Positions 35,616 to 47,845 of a stretch of DNA of 64,000 nucleotides are shown here, piece by piece (within the stretch, counting starts at the first letter, position 1; each line of letters opens with the position of its first letter). Under the pieces are notes generated by a model. That model saw only the letters and a program-made list of their open reading frames with translations, ran no database searches and was not told where the DNA came from. This DNA is from Isurus oxyrinchus. Lineage: Eukaryota. The stretch is taken from contig JANJGN010000010.1 in assembly GCA_026770705.1 (NCBI GenBank), positions 23,808,001 to 23,872,000 of the forward strand, written 5' to 3'. A program made the position numbers and the translations under genes.

Positions 35616-38478
35616 GAGTGAATCTAAGGAGAGGGGTGAAATATAAGCTGGTTTAAGGTGGTGGTGGAGGAGGAGGGGGGGTGGGTGGAGAGAAGTGTGG
35701 TTGCAGGGACAAGCAAGCAGTAATAGGAGCAGATAATCAAAAGATGTCACAGACAAAAGAATACAGAGGCGTTGAAGGTGGTGATATTATCTAAACGAAT
35801 GTGCTAATTAAGAATGGATGGTAGGGCACTCAAGGTACAGCTCTAGTGGCGGTGGGGTGGAAAGGCTAGCAGGGCATAAAAGATTTAAAAATAATGGAAA
35901 TAAGTGGGAAAAGAAAAATCTATATAAATTATTGGAAAAAACAAAAGGGAGGGGAAGAAACAGAAAGTGGGTGGGGATGGAGGAGGGAGTTCAAGATCTA
36001 AAGTTGTTGCATTCAATACTCAGTCCGGAAGGCTGTAAAGTGTCTAGTCGGAAGATGAGGTGCTGTTCCTCCAGTTTGCGTTGGGCTTCACTGGAACAAT
36101 GCAGCAAGCCAAGGACAGACATGTGGGCAAGAGAGCAGGGTGGAGTGTTAAAATGGCAAGCGACAGGGAGGTTTGGGTCATTCTTGAGGACAGACCACAG
36201 GTGTTCTGCAAAGCGGTCGCCCAGTTTGCTTTTGGTCTCTCCAATGTAGAGGAGACCGCATTGGGAGCAACAAATGCAGTAGACTAAGTAGAGGGAAATG
36301 CAAGTGAAATGCTGCTTCACTTGAAAGGAGTGTTTGGGCCCTTGGACGGTGAGGAGAGAGGAAGTGAAGGGGCAGGTGTTGCATCTTTTGCATGGGCATG
36401 AGGAGGTGCCATAGATGGGGGTTGAGGAGTAGGGGGTGATGGAGGAGTGGACCAGGGTGTCCCGGAGGGAACGATATCTACGGAATGCCGCTGGGGGGGG
36501 TGAAGGGTAGATGTGTTTGGTGGTGGCATCATGCTGGAGTTGGCGGAAATGGCGGAGGATGATCCTTTGAATGCGGAGGCTGGTGGGGTGATAAGTGAGG
36601 AGAAGGGGGACCCTATCATGTTTCTGGGAGGGAAGAGAAGGCGTGAGGGTGGATGTGCGGGAGATGGGCCGGACATGGTTGAGGGCCCTGTCAACGACCG
36701 TGGGTGGAAAACCTCGGTTAAGGAAGAAGGAGGACATGTCAGAGGAACTGTTTTTGAAGGTAGCATCATCAGAACAGATGCGACGGAGGTGAAGGAACTG
36801 AGAGAATGGGATGGAGTCCTTACAGGAAGCAGGGTGTGAGGAGCTGTAGTCGAAGTAACTGTGGGAGTCGGTAGGCTTCTAATGGATATTGGTGGACAGT
36901 CTATCGCCAGAGATTGAGACAGCGAGGTCAAGGAAGGGAAGGGAAGTGTCAGAGATGGACCATGTGAAAATGATGGAGGGGTGGAAATTGGAAGCAAAAT
37001 TAATAATTTTTTCCAAGTTATGACGAGAACATGAAGCAGCACCGAAGTAATCATCGATGTACCGGAGAAAGAGTTGTGGAAGGGGGCCGGAGTAGGACTG
37101 GAACAAGGAATGTTCCACATACCCCATAAAGAGACAGGCATAGCAGGGGCCCATGCGGGTACCCATAGCTACACCTTTTATTTGGAGGAAGTGAGAGGAG
37201 TTGAAGGGGAAATTGTTCAGTGTGAGAACAAGTTCAGCCAGATGGAGGAGAGTAGTTGTGGATGGGGATTGTTTGGGCCTCTGTTCGAGGAGGAAGCTAA
37301 GGGCTCTCAGACCATCCTGGTGGGGGATGGAGGTGTAGAGGGATTGGATGTCCATGGTGAAGAGGAAGCGTTAGGGGCCAGGGAACTGGAAATTGTTGAT
37401 GTGGCGTAAGGTGTCAGAGGAATCACGGATGTAGTTGGGAAGGGACTGGACAAGGGGAGAGAGAAGGTAGTCAAGATAACAAGAAATGAGTTCCGTGGGG
37501 CAGGAGCAAGCTGAGACGATCGGTCTACCAGGACAGTTCTGTTTGTGGATTTTGGGTAGGAGGTAGAAGCGGGCTATCCGAGTTTGGGCGACTATCAGGT
37601 TGGAAGCTGTGGGAGGAAGATCTCCAGAGGAGATGAGGTCAGTGACAGTCCTGGGAACAATGGCTTGATGTTCAGTGGTGGGGTCATGGTCCAGGGAGAG
37701 GTAGGAGGAAGTGTCTGCGAGTTGACGCTCAGCCTCCGCGAGGTAGAGGTCAGTGCGCCAGACAACAACAGCACCACCCTTGTCAGCATGTTTGATGACA
37801 ATGTCAGGGTTGGACCTGCGAGAATGGAGTGCAGTAAGTTCAGAGAGAGAGAGATTAGAATGGGTGAGAGGAGCAGAGAAATTGAGACGACTAATGTCAC
37901 GCCGACAGTTCTCAATGAAAAGATCAAGAGAAGGTAAAAATCCAGAGGGAGGGGTCCAGGTGGAGGGAGAATATTGGAGGTGGGTGAAAGGATCCGTTGA
38001 ATGGGGAGAGGACTCCTGCCCAAAGAAGTGAGCCCGGAGATGAAGACGGCGGAAGAAGAGTTCAGCATCATGCCGAGCCCGAAATTCATTGAGGTGAGGG
38101 CGTAAGGGTATGAAACTAAGTCCTTTGCTGAGCACTGAACGTTCAGCATCAGAGAGGGGAAGGTCAGGGGGTATAGTGAATACACGGCTGGGGTTGGGAT
38201 TGGAAGATGGGGTGGGGACGGAGGGACAGGCAAGGGTGGAGGGTCCTAGATGGGTGTTGGTGTCGATGAGTTGTTGGAGTTGTTGTTGTGCCCTACCATC
38301 CATTGTTAATGAGCATATTCATTTTGATAATATCACCCCCTTCAACGCCTGTGTTCTTTTGTTCCTTTGTGACATCTTTCCTATCAGTGCTTGCTTGTCT
38401 CTACAACCACACCACAACTCTCCCCCCCACCCCAACCTTAAACCAGCTTATATTTCACCCCTCTCCTTAGATTCACTC

Positions 38479-38517
38479 AGTTCTGTTGAAGCGTCATGAG
38501 GACTCGAAACGTCAACT
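38479..38517 (+). ncRNA. Minimal hammerhead motif with variant core, sense to the host intron
   Basis: AGUU-CUGUUGA-A-GCGUC(AUGAG)GACUC-GAAA-CG-UC-AACU in the inverted repeat of P2. Confidence 0.6.
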
Positions 38518-38872
38518 ATTTTCTTCTCCGCCGATGCTGCCAGACCTGCTGAGTTTTTCCCGGTAATTCTGTTTTTGTTTTGAGTTTCATTGCAACTTGC
38601 ACAACTTCTTCCCCAACAACACTGATGTTTCCAGAGTTAAGTTTCTCATTAAACCTCACTGTTCAGAGTTCTGTATTTGCCCAAGATTGCCCATATGATG
38701 TTGCTCCCTTTTCCTGATGCAGTCTGTCCCCTTGGATGAAGTTATGAATTAACTAGCTTACTTAAGTTGTCCTGAAAATGAAGGGGAGCACAAATGTGAT
38801 ACAAATTAAGTATTGTATTTAATGCCTGAATATTTAATATTCAGAAACTGAACTGGACTAGCCATATAAATA

Positions 38873-41493
38873 AAAACAGAATTACCTGGAAAAACTCAGC
38901 AGGTCTGGCAGCATCGACGGAGAAGAAGAGTTGACGTTTCGAGTCCTCATGACCCTTCGACAGAACTTGAGTTCGAGTCCAAGAAAGAGTTGAAATATAA
39001 GCTGGTTTAAGGTGTGTGGGGGGCAGAGAGAGAGAGAGAAGTGGAGGGGGTTGGTGTGGTTGTAGGGACAAACAAGCAGTGATAGAAGCAGATCATCAAA
39101 AGCTGTCACAAACAACAGAACAAAAGAACACATAGGTGTTAAAGTTGGTGATATTATCTAAACGAATGTGCTAATTAAGAATGAATGGTAGGGCACTCAA
39201 GGTATAGCTCTAGTGGGGGTGGGGGGAGCATAACAGATTTTAAAATGTTTAAAAATAATGGAAATAGGTGGGACAAGAAAAATCTATATAATTTATTGGA
39301 AAAAAACAAAAGGAAGGGGGAAACAGAAAGGGGTTGGGGATGGAGGAGGGAGCTCAAGACCAAAAGTGGTTGAATTCAATATTTAGTCCGGAAGGCTGTA
39401 AAGTGCCTAGTCGGAAGATGAGGTGTTGTTCCTCCAGTTTGCGTTGGGCTTCACTGGAACGATGCAGCAAACCAAGGACAGACATGTGGGCAAGAGAGCA
39501 GGGTGGAGTGTTAAAATGACAAGCGACAGGGAGGTTTGGGTCATTCTTGCGGACAGACCGCAGGTGTTCTGGAAAGCGGTCGCCCAGTTTACGTTTGGTC
39601 TCTCCAATGTAGAGGAGACCACATTGGGAGCAACGAATGCAGTAGACTAAGTAGAGGGAAATGCAAGTGAAATGCTGCTTCACTTGAAAGGAGTGTTTGG
39701 GCCCTTGGACGGTGAGGAGAGAGGAAGTGAAGGGGCAGGTGTTGCATCTTTTGCGTGGGCATGGGGTGGTGCCATAGGAGGGGGTTGAGGAATAGGGGGT
39801 GATGGAGGAGTGGACCAGGGTGTCCCAGAGGGAGCGATCCCTATGGAATGCCGATGGGGGGGGTGAAGGGTAGATGTGTTTGGTGGTGGCATCATGCTGG
39901 AGTTGGCGGAAATGGCGGAGGATGATCCTTTGAATGCGGAGGCTTGTGGGGTGATAAGTGAGGAGAAGGGGGACCCTATCATGTTTCAGGGAGGGAGGAG
40001 AAGGCGTGAGGGTGGATGCGCGGGAGATGGGCCGGACACGATTGAGGACCCTGTCAACGACCATGGGTGGAAAACCTTGGTTAAGGAAGAAGGAGGACAT
40101 GTCAAAGGAACTGTTTTTGTAGGTAGCATCATCGGAACAGATGCGACGGAGGCGAAGGAACTGAGAGAATGGGATGGAGTCCTTACAGGAAGCGGGATGT
40201 GAGGAGCTGTAGTCAAGGTAGCTGTGGGAGTCGGTGGGTTTGTAATGGATATTGGTGGACAGTCTATCACCAGAGATTGAGCCAGTGAGGTCAAGGAAGG
40301 GAAGGGAAGTGTCAGAGATGGTCCACGTGAAAATGATGGAGAGGTGGAGATTGGAAGCAAAATTAATAAATTTTTCCAAGTCCTGACGAGAGCATGAAGC
40401 AGCACCGAAGTAATCATCGATGTACCGGAGAAAGAGTTGTGGGAGGGAGCCGGAGTAGGACTGGAACAAGGAATGTTCCACCTACCCCATAAAGAGACAG
40501 GCATAGCTGGGGCCCATGCTGGTACCCATAGCCACACCTTTTATTTGGAGGAAGTGAGAGGAGTTGAAGGAGAAATTGTTCAGTGTGAGAACAAGTTCAG
40601 CCAGACAGAAGAGAGTAGTTGTGGATGGGGATTGTTTGGGCCTCTGTTCGAGGAAGAAGCTAAGGGCCCTCAGACCATCCTTGTGGGGGATGGAGGTGTA
40701 GAGGGATTGGATGTCCATGGTGAAGAGGAAGCGTTAGGGGCCAGGGAACTGGAAATTGTTGATGTGACGTAAGGTGTCAGAGGAATCACGGATGGGAAGG
40801 GACTGGACAAGGGGAGAGAGAAGGTAGTCAAGATAACGAGAAATGAGTTCTGTGGGGCAGGAGCAAGCTGAGACGATCGGTCTACTGGGACAGTTCTGTT
40901 TGTGGATTTTGGGTTGGAGATAGAAGCGGGCCGTCCGAGGTTGGGCGACTATCAGGTTGGAAGCTGTGGGAGGAAGATCCCCAGAGGAGATGAGGTCAGT
41001 GACAGTCCTGGAAACAATAGCTTGATGTTCAGTGGTGGGGTTATGGTCCAGGGAGAGGTAGGAGGAAGTGTCTGCGAGTTGACGCTCAGCCTCCGCGAGG
41101 TAGAGGTCAGTGCGCCAGACAACAACAGCACCACCCTTGTCAGCATGTTTGATGACAATGTCAGGGTTGGACCTGCGAGAATGGAGTGCAGTAAGTTCAG
41201 AGAGAGAGAGATTAGAATGGGTGAGAGGAGCAGAGAAATTGAGACGACTAATGTCGCGCCGACAGTTCTCAGTGAAAAGATCAAGAGAAGGTAAGAATCC
41301 AGAGGGAGGGGTCCAGGTGGAGGGAGAATATTGGAGGTGGGTGAAAGGATCCGTTGAATGGGGAGAGGACTACTGCCCAAAGAAGTGAGCCCGGAGACGA
41401 AGACGGCGGAAGAAGAGTTCAGCATCATGCCGAGCCCGAAATTATTTGAGGTGAGGGCGTAAGGGTATGAAACTAAGTCCTTTGCTGAGCACT
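38873..41493 (-). mobile_element. Penelope-like retroelement P3 (5'-truncated), inserted into a LINE-B copy, 11 bp TSD
   Basis: ORF 39354-40481 (RYIDD...GIY-YIG); CCATATAAATA at 38862-38872 and 41499-41509; LINE-B sequence continues across the insertion. Confidence 0.95.
38929..38967 (-). ncRNA. Minimal hammerhead motif with variant core (CUGUCGA)
   Basis: AGUU-CUGUCGA-A-GGGUC(AUGAG)GACUC-GAAA-CG-UC-AACU. Confidence 0.65.
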
Positions 41494-41498
41494 ATATA

Positions 41499-42090
41499 CC
41501 ATATAAATACTTGGCTACATGGGCAGGTCAGAGGCTTGGGGACAGACTCGCCAAAGCCTGTCCACAATCCAAAAGGCACAAGTCAGGAGTGTGATGGAAT
41601 ATTCCCCACTAGCCTGGATGAGTGCGGTTCCCTCAACACTCGAGAAGCTTGACACCATCCAGGACAAAGCAACCTGCTTAATTGACACTACATCCATAAG
41701 CATTCACTCCCTCCACCACTGCTGCACAATAGCAACAGTGTGTGCCATTTACAAGATGCACTGCAGGAATTCACCAATGCTCCTTCAGCAGCACCTTTCA
41801 AACCCATGACCACTACCATCTAGAAGGACAAGGGCAGCAGATAGATCGGAACACCACCACCTGGAAGTTCTCCTCCAAGTCACTCGCAATCCTGATTTAG
41901 GAATGTATCACTGTTCCTTCACTGTCATTGGGTCAAAACCCTGGGACTCCCTAACAGCACTGTGGACGTACCTACATCACATGTACTGCAGCAGTTCAAG
42001 AAGGCAGCCCACCACCACCACTTCAAGGGCAACTGGGGATGGGCAATAAATTTTGGCCCAGCCAGTGAAGCCCACATCCCGTGAATAAAA
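41499..42090 (+). mobile_element. LINE-B 3' end (its 5' stub is at ~38842-38872)
   Basis: KAQVRSVMEYSPLAWMSA...LDTIQDKA...IYKMHCRNSP; tail GGGCAATAAA...CCCACATCCCGTGAAT. Confidence 0.9.
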
Positions 42091-43294
42091 GCGCTTTGAA
42101 TATTGTTTTCAGTAAGAGATCTGTTGCCTGCTACTATTTATTGCTGATTGGCAATAGGATGGCTGTACTTTAATCAGAAAAGCGGTTAACAATGCTTGAA
42201 GCTTAGCATCAAGTTTGTCTTACTGAAACAAAATAATTCTGGTTTGTAAACCTGGCTAAATTTGGACATCTTTCATCTGTGATTCAAAAACAATGTAAGT
42301 ATTCATGGTAAAAACTTAACATAAACAGTTGAAAATGTCACAATGGTGATGCTTTCATAGTGATGTATTAAACTTGCTTTTCTCTGGTTGTCAATATTTT
42401 AGGTGTGCCGGTTGCAGGGAATTATGCCGATGCCCCACATTGTAATAACAATGCCTCGGGTGACTTTCTGAGCAGATTTAGGAAGCCTTTCAAATGACCT
42501 GACAGCGCAGCAAATCATTGTGTCTGAAATTTCTCGCAATGAAAAATGAGGATGTCCCCTCTTTCTAAACAATTAACAACCCACTAACAAAATCACAGGT
42601 AGTTGCGACTTTGAAATAGTTTGGGAATGATTACAGTTATTAAAAGAGGAATTTCAGTCTTTTTTAACTGTGCAAATTATGTATGGAATGCCTACCAAGC
42701 AGAAGATGAGACTTGTAACTATGTTCAATTTTTGTTTGGAATAATGTTTCAAGTACTCACCATCCATTTTGGCTACTACATTCAAGAAGTGTTTGTCATA
42801 AATGGAGGTTTTACTAGTGTGTTTTTTAAATAAGTTTGATATTTAGTGAAGCAAAACTATGATAAACAACTTAAAAGGCAGTTTTTACATTGTGTGCAAG
42901 TTTTATTGATTTTAAACAGACTCTCATATATTCTCATATTCAACTGGTAAATTATATCCCAAAAGCAGCATGGTTTGCTTTGGGTCAGAAGTTTAGTCAT
43001 CCAACAGTAGACAATATAATTTTTAAACTTTGCCATACAAAGTTGATTTTTGGGTACACAGGAAACATGCTGTAGGGAGCTTTCTGTAGAAACAATGTGT
43101 TTTTCATTTTGTTTAAATAGTTAATTAATTGCTGTGTTTTTCCATGATCATGTATTTTTCATGGTTTTAGATTTTGATAATTAGATCGTCGGTTCCTTAA
43201 AATTGGTGCTCTGTGGGTCAGAGTAACTTAAATGATGAAAGAACTTTTGAAGTAGAAAACTGGCCAAGATTTTAGGGTAAAACAGCACATTTTA

Positions 43295-43421
43295 NNNNNN
43301 NNNNNNNNNNNNNNNNNNNNNNNNNNNNNNNNNNNNNNNNNNNNNNNNNNNNNNNNNNNNNNNNNNNNNNNNNNNNNNNNNNNNNNNNNNNNNNNNNNNN
43401 NNNNNNNNNNNNNNNNNNNNN
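43295..43421. other. Assembly gap (N run)
   Basis: Run of N. Confidence 0.99.
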
Positions 43422-43944
43422 NGAGTCCTAAACTTTAAAAACAGCATAAATACACTATTGCTTTAGGTCATCATGTACTTAGCTTTGAACTATCTAAGTC
43501 ATATATCTAGGCCAGAACTTCCAGAATAGTAGTGTGGATATTTAGTAGGCTGCCTGTGAATTTCCCCTGAGGGCAGTGTTTGATGTGCTCCGGGGTCTGA
43601 TTAGGAGCTCTGTTGCATGACATGAGTGCTTCAATCTTCCATCTATCTACCAAGTCCAGTTCTGCGGTGGTTTATGGTTGTACATGGTTTGAGAGGCAAG
43701 TTTAATCCTTCAGGTCTTAGTGTGGGGGGTCCTCTATCAGGAATTCATTTGGAATGTTGTGGTTCTTCCAAGCATTACACCATCTTTACAAGGCTGACGG
43801 GAAATTGCTGAAGGGCTTTAGGTGTGGTCCCAAATGGCTGCCAAGATTTGAGGTGTGTTTGTGGTAGGTTGGTCAAGTCAGTCTGAATCAGATAATTCTC
43901 ATAGTCATGGCAGATGATACACTTGTATTATAAGCATTACAGAG

Positions 43945-45520
43945 TAATAGAAGCCAAGACAACAAATGATTTCAAAAGGAAATTGGATGGGTACCGAAGG
44001 GGAATAAATTTACAGAGATACATGGGTAGAGTAGGGGAATGGGACTAACTGGATTGCTGTACAGAGAGCTGGCATGGACTCAATGGGCTGAATGGCCTCA
44101 TTTTGTGCCATAATGACTCTGTGAGTCTGTCTCTGCTGATGTAATGGTTGTATTCTCTAGCGACTGCATATGTGCGTTGGTGTGGTGGTGCAGTATTTGC
44201 CACCACAGGCAGCCGGAATAATGCTGCGAAGAATCGTTGCATGACAAATAATTTTGCTGTACTGAATTACTAAATATAGTGCAATTAGTGCCTATACTTG
44301 AACAGATGGCTGTTCTAACTTGATTAGTCCTTTTTCAGTGTCATTTGTTTTATTATCAGGAGTGTTAAACTCATTTTGTGTTCAAGTTTATGGAGTAGGG
44401 CTTGAACCCAATTCTTCTAACCCCACAGGTGACTCTAAAGAAATGGCTGAAAGGTAGAGTAAAGGGTTGTGATAAATGGATGTTTCTAGACTAGCAGGTG
44501 ATGTTAAAAGGGTGGTCAAGAAATCTGTGCTGGGACCGCTTTCATCTTTGCATAGTTGCCTACACTTGGATGCCAAATAAGCAGGGGTATCAAAATGCAG
44601 GAGGGCATAAATAGGGTGTGAACAGGGGCAGATAAGGGACAAATGCAATTTAATATAGAAGAACCGCGTAGTATATTTTGGGAATAAGAATAAAAACTGA
44701 AATGTGTGATAATTTTTTCTTCAATGAAGGAACAGAGAAATCTGGTGGTTATGCAGACATATAATTCCTTACAGTTGGGTTGACCAGCTTAAAAAAAAAT
44801 CCATCAGGAGTCATACAGCACAGGAAGACGACATTCGGCCCTATACCAGTCCTTTATAAGAGCTACCCGATTAGCTCCACTCCCCTTCCTTCTTCCTCAT
44901 GGCCATGCAATTATTTATCCAATTCCCTTTGGAAGTTACTAATGAATGCACCTCTACCACCCTTTTGTTTGTGCGCACCAGATTGTAATAACTGACTTTT
45001 TAAAAAAAATTCTCTGAAAGGCAATTGATACGAAGGCCATGAACTCAGGATGACTGCAAAAAAACCATTAACTCACACCTGAATGTTGTGCAGTTTTGGG
45101 CTGTCGCACTTCTTTATATATAAAATATCTTGAATTAATGCAACACTGACTTCTCTGGGTGAGATGTGCAAGTTATGAAGAAATTTATAATTAGAGTTGT
45201 ATTTGTTCTGAGTGGAAAAATGGAGATGCTCAAGATAATGAGAGAGACAAAGTAAGCATAGATATTTCTATTGGTGGTAAATTAAAGACGACATAAATCT
45301 TAAAATAAGCATTAGGTACGTAAAAGGGGAGATTGGAAGGTTTTTTCCACATAATTACTGGAATGGTTTTACCACAAATGGTGGTTAATACTAAGTCAAT
45401 TACAACTTTCAAATAGATACTAGATAATTAGTTGGAGCGTAGAAGAGTTTGTGAAAAGGAGGAAAATGGGACTGCGTGAAATGAGTCATCAAGCAGGCCC
45501 AGTATTCATTGCTGGCAAGA
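43945..45520. mobile_element. Cluster of old CR1 and SINE fragments on both strands
   Basis: CR1-type tail GGCATGGACTCAATGGGCTGAATGGCCTC at ~44070-44100, inverted tail at ~44810-44990, and degenerate RT-end remnants. Confidence 0.55.
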
Positions 45521-47267
45521 AGAGCCTATTGATGGTGGTCTCTACTAAGATTTTGGTAATTCTATTTCTGTGGTTACTGGCTATTTCTTGGACTATATAA
45601 AGCAGATGTTCATTGTTGAAGACATTTCTGAACCAAACAGCATTTTTTTCTTAATGAAAAATTCTAATTTAAAGGGACATGAGTGGTACTTCTGTTTTTA
45701 GTCACTTCTAGGACTATGAAGTATTTGTTTAAAGTGCAGCTACTTAATGCCAGTAGTTGTATTTTAGATTTCAGCCAGGCAGAACTGCATGTACGTTGTC
45801 TGGCTCCTGTCTGATTGGAATTCTAACCATCTTTCCCAAGTGTATGCTTGGACATGGGTTTTGGAAAAAGTGCTCCCAACAATTAACACGTTTAAATTTA
45901 AATTTTTTTTAGAGAGAAGTTCTCTCTTCCATTCTTTCTAAACATTTAAGTTAGCTGGGTTACAAAATACCTGGAGGACATTTTGTAAGCCAGGTTTGAC
46001 AATGCATTATTGCATTTATATTGTTGTGTCAATGAAAGTGGTAGTAACTGCTGTCTGTTTATTTTCCACAAAGTTCCAGAGTTCCTTTTCAAAAGTCATT
46101 TTTCTGGATTTTTGATTAGTGCTTTAATCGTCAATCTCCTATACCAAAGGTAACATTATTTTGTTAAAACTATATTCAGAAAATTTGATCATCTAATCTC
46201 CAATATTATAGAAGCAAATGTCAGAAGAAACTAAAGATTTTGGCATTATATTTCAATAATTTGACTCCACTTAGCTTTAGAAAAGGTTATTGGTGCTAGC
46301 CTTGGCTTGTATCAAATACTACCTTTGTTCTTGGTGTTGGCCATAGGTAGTGCATAAAATATTGTTTTGTCCTCTGGGCATGTACCCATTAAAAACCCAT
46401 TAATTGCTTAAACTTATTTCAGTTGGCATCCTTCAGCTTCAGGGGGGAGAAAAGGAAGCTTTCATTCCTTCAGCTTGGCTGGATTTGAACCTAAATTGGA
46501 GGTGGAAGCACAATTTCCAGTCTCCAACTGAACAGGAATTAAATTGGAAGCAGCAGATCAGTCCGCCCTCCTGCTTTTATTCTTCTATTAACATTACCTG
46601 ATATTTGCTTCCTGCGTTTATATTTCAAACATAATTGTAAGAAAACAACTGACCTTGCTGTGCGATCAGTTGATAGTGTAAGTTATTGCTAAAGCTTGTT
46701 CAGATATGCACAAGTAATGTTTGCAATGTTGATATATATTGTGCAGTTGTGCATCAGGCACTGAATATCCCAGAACTGCTTCCTTGTTTTTCTGATCTCC
46801 ATACATCTTTTATGAAGCATAGATCAACACTGTTATCAGCGTATTTGTTTAGATGGAAGCATCAGAACATTGATGGTTTGAGTTCTGTCATCTGTTTAAA
46901 ATTAATTGGATTTAGGCATGAAGGGTTCCCTTGTTTTCTGTTACTCTTTGGTGCTATCAGATGTACTGTATTTGGGAATTGAATGGTGAAGCATGGTGTC
47001 ATGTAACGTGCGTGATTGCAAATTTAATTTAGTAGATGTGCTGTGGTTTCAAAAGTGAAACTGACTTGCACTCTTTGTGGCATACTGGATCTCTGCCAAT
47101 CAGAGCTGGTGAGGGCAGTGTAAAAAATGTTTACATTCCCCATCCATAATTTTAAAATGCATCTAAAACACCATTTTAATTTTAAACAGCCATTAAAATG
47201 GAAAGATCTATGTCAAGTGAGTTAACTGCATGTAGTTTTATTAATGAATTGAGTTAAAGCTTCGTGA

Positions 47268-47845
47268 GAAGCAAGATACTGTGAATGCTGGAAATCTGAA
47301 ACAAAGCGATTGCTGGAAATACGCAGGAGGCTAGGCAGCATTTGTGGAGAGAGAAACAGAGATAATGTTTCAGGTCTGTGATCTTTGACCAGAACTGGGG
47401 AAAGGAAACTCTGTGATAGGGTGGAAGACAGGAAAGGTTGAATGACAGAAAAGTTAGTCTTCCAGGGCTAAAAGGAATGGTGATGGGTCAAGAAAAAAAA
47501 CAAAAAAACAAAAGATGTGCCTAGAGCAGGTGTGCTGCTGTGTCTCCTGTCTTCCGACTTATCACATATCTTCCTCTTGTCCTTGTCCAACCTGTCCCTT
47601 ACTCAAAACCTATTCAATTTCTAACTTTTCCCAGTTCTGATGAAAGGTTGCAGACCTGAAATGAAGCTCCAATTTTTGATACGTGAAGGGAACAAACTGC
47701 ATACATTGATTATCAAGAATAGTTCAGTAATTATGTAGCTGGTCAGCAGAATCTCTACCAAACTGATTCTGATGAAGATTCCACATCTTAAACATTATAA
47801 TTTCGCCTCTCTCTTGTGTATTTCCAGCATTTTCTGTTTTCATTT
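47268..47845. mobile_element. Penelope-derived fold-back element(s) with degenerate hammerhead motifs
   Basis: Terminal motif at 47270-47400; plus-strand AGTT-CTGATGA-A-AGGTT(GCA)GACCT-GAAA at 47633-47661; second CTGATGA at 47769; inverted terminus at ~47805-47845. Confidence 0.75.

Larger units (their letters stand above)
35481..38580 (-). mobile_element. Penelope-like retroelement P2 with inverted terminal repeats and 15-16 bp TSD
   Basis: ORF pieces 37371-38303, 36879-37355 and 35991-36737 are in one frame, broken by two stops (KHADKGG, YLLPKIHK, PGRPIVS, RYIDD, GIY-YIG). Inverted repeat at 38288-38580; TGAGTTTCATTGCAA at 35466-35480 and 38581-38595. Confidence 0.95.

Noticed and set aside
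38280-38303. MDGRAQQQ as the true Penelope start codon
   Set aside because: The ATG lies in the inverted terminal repeat fused to a 5'-truncated ORF; the junction is chimeric.
36060-40772. Recurrent plus-strand ORFs (MFGGGIMLEL..., MLFLQFALGF..., MWKGAGVGLE...)
   Set aside because: They are antisense shadows of the Penelope ORF and recur only because the element is repeated.
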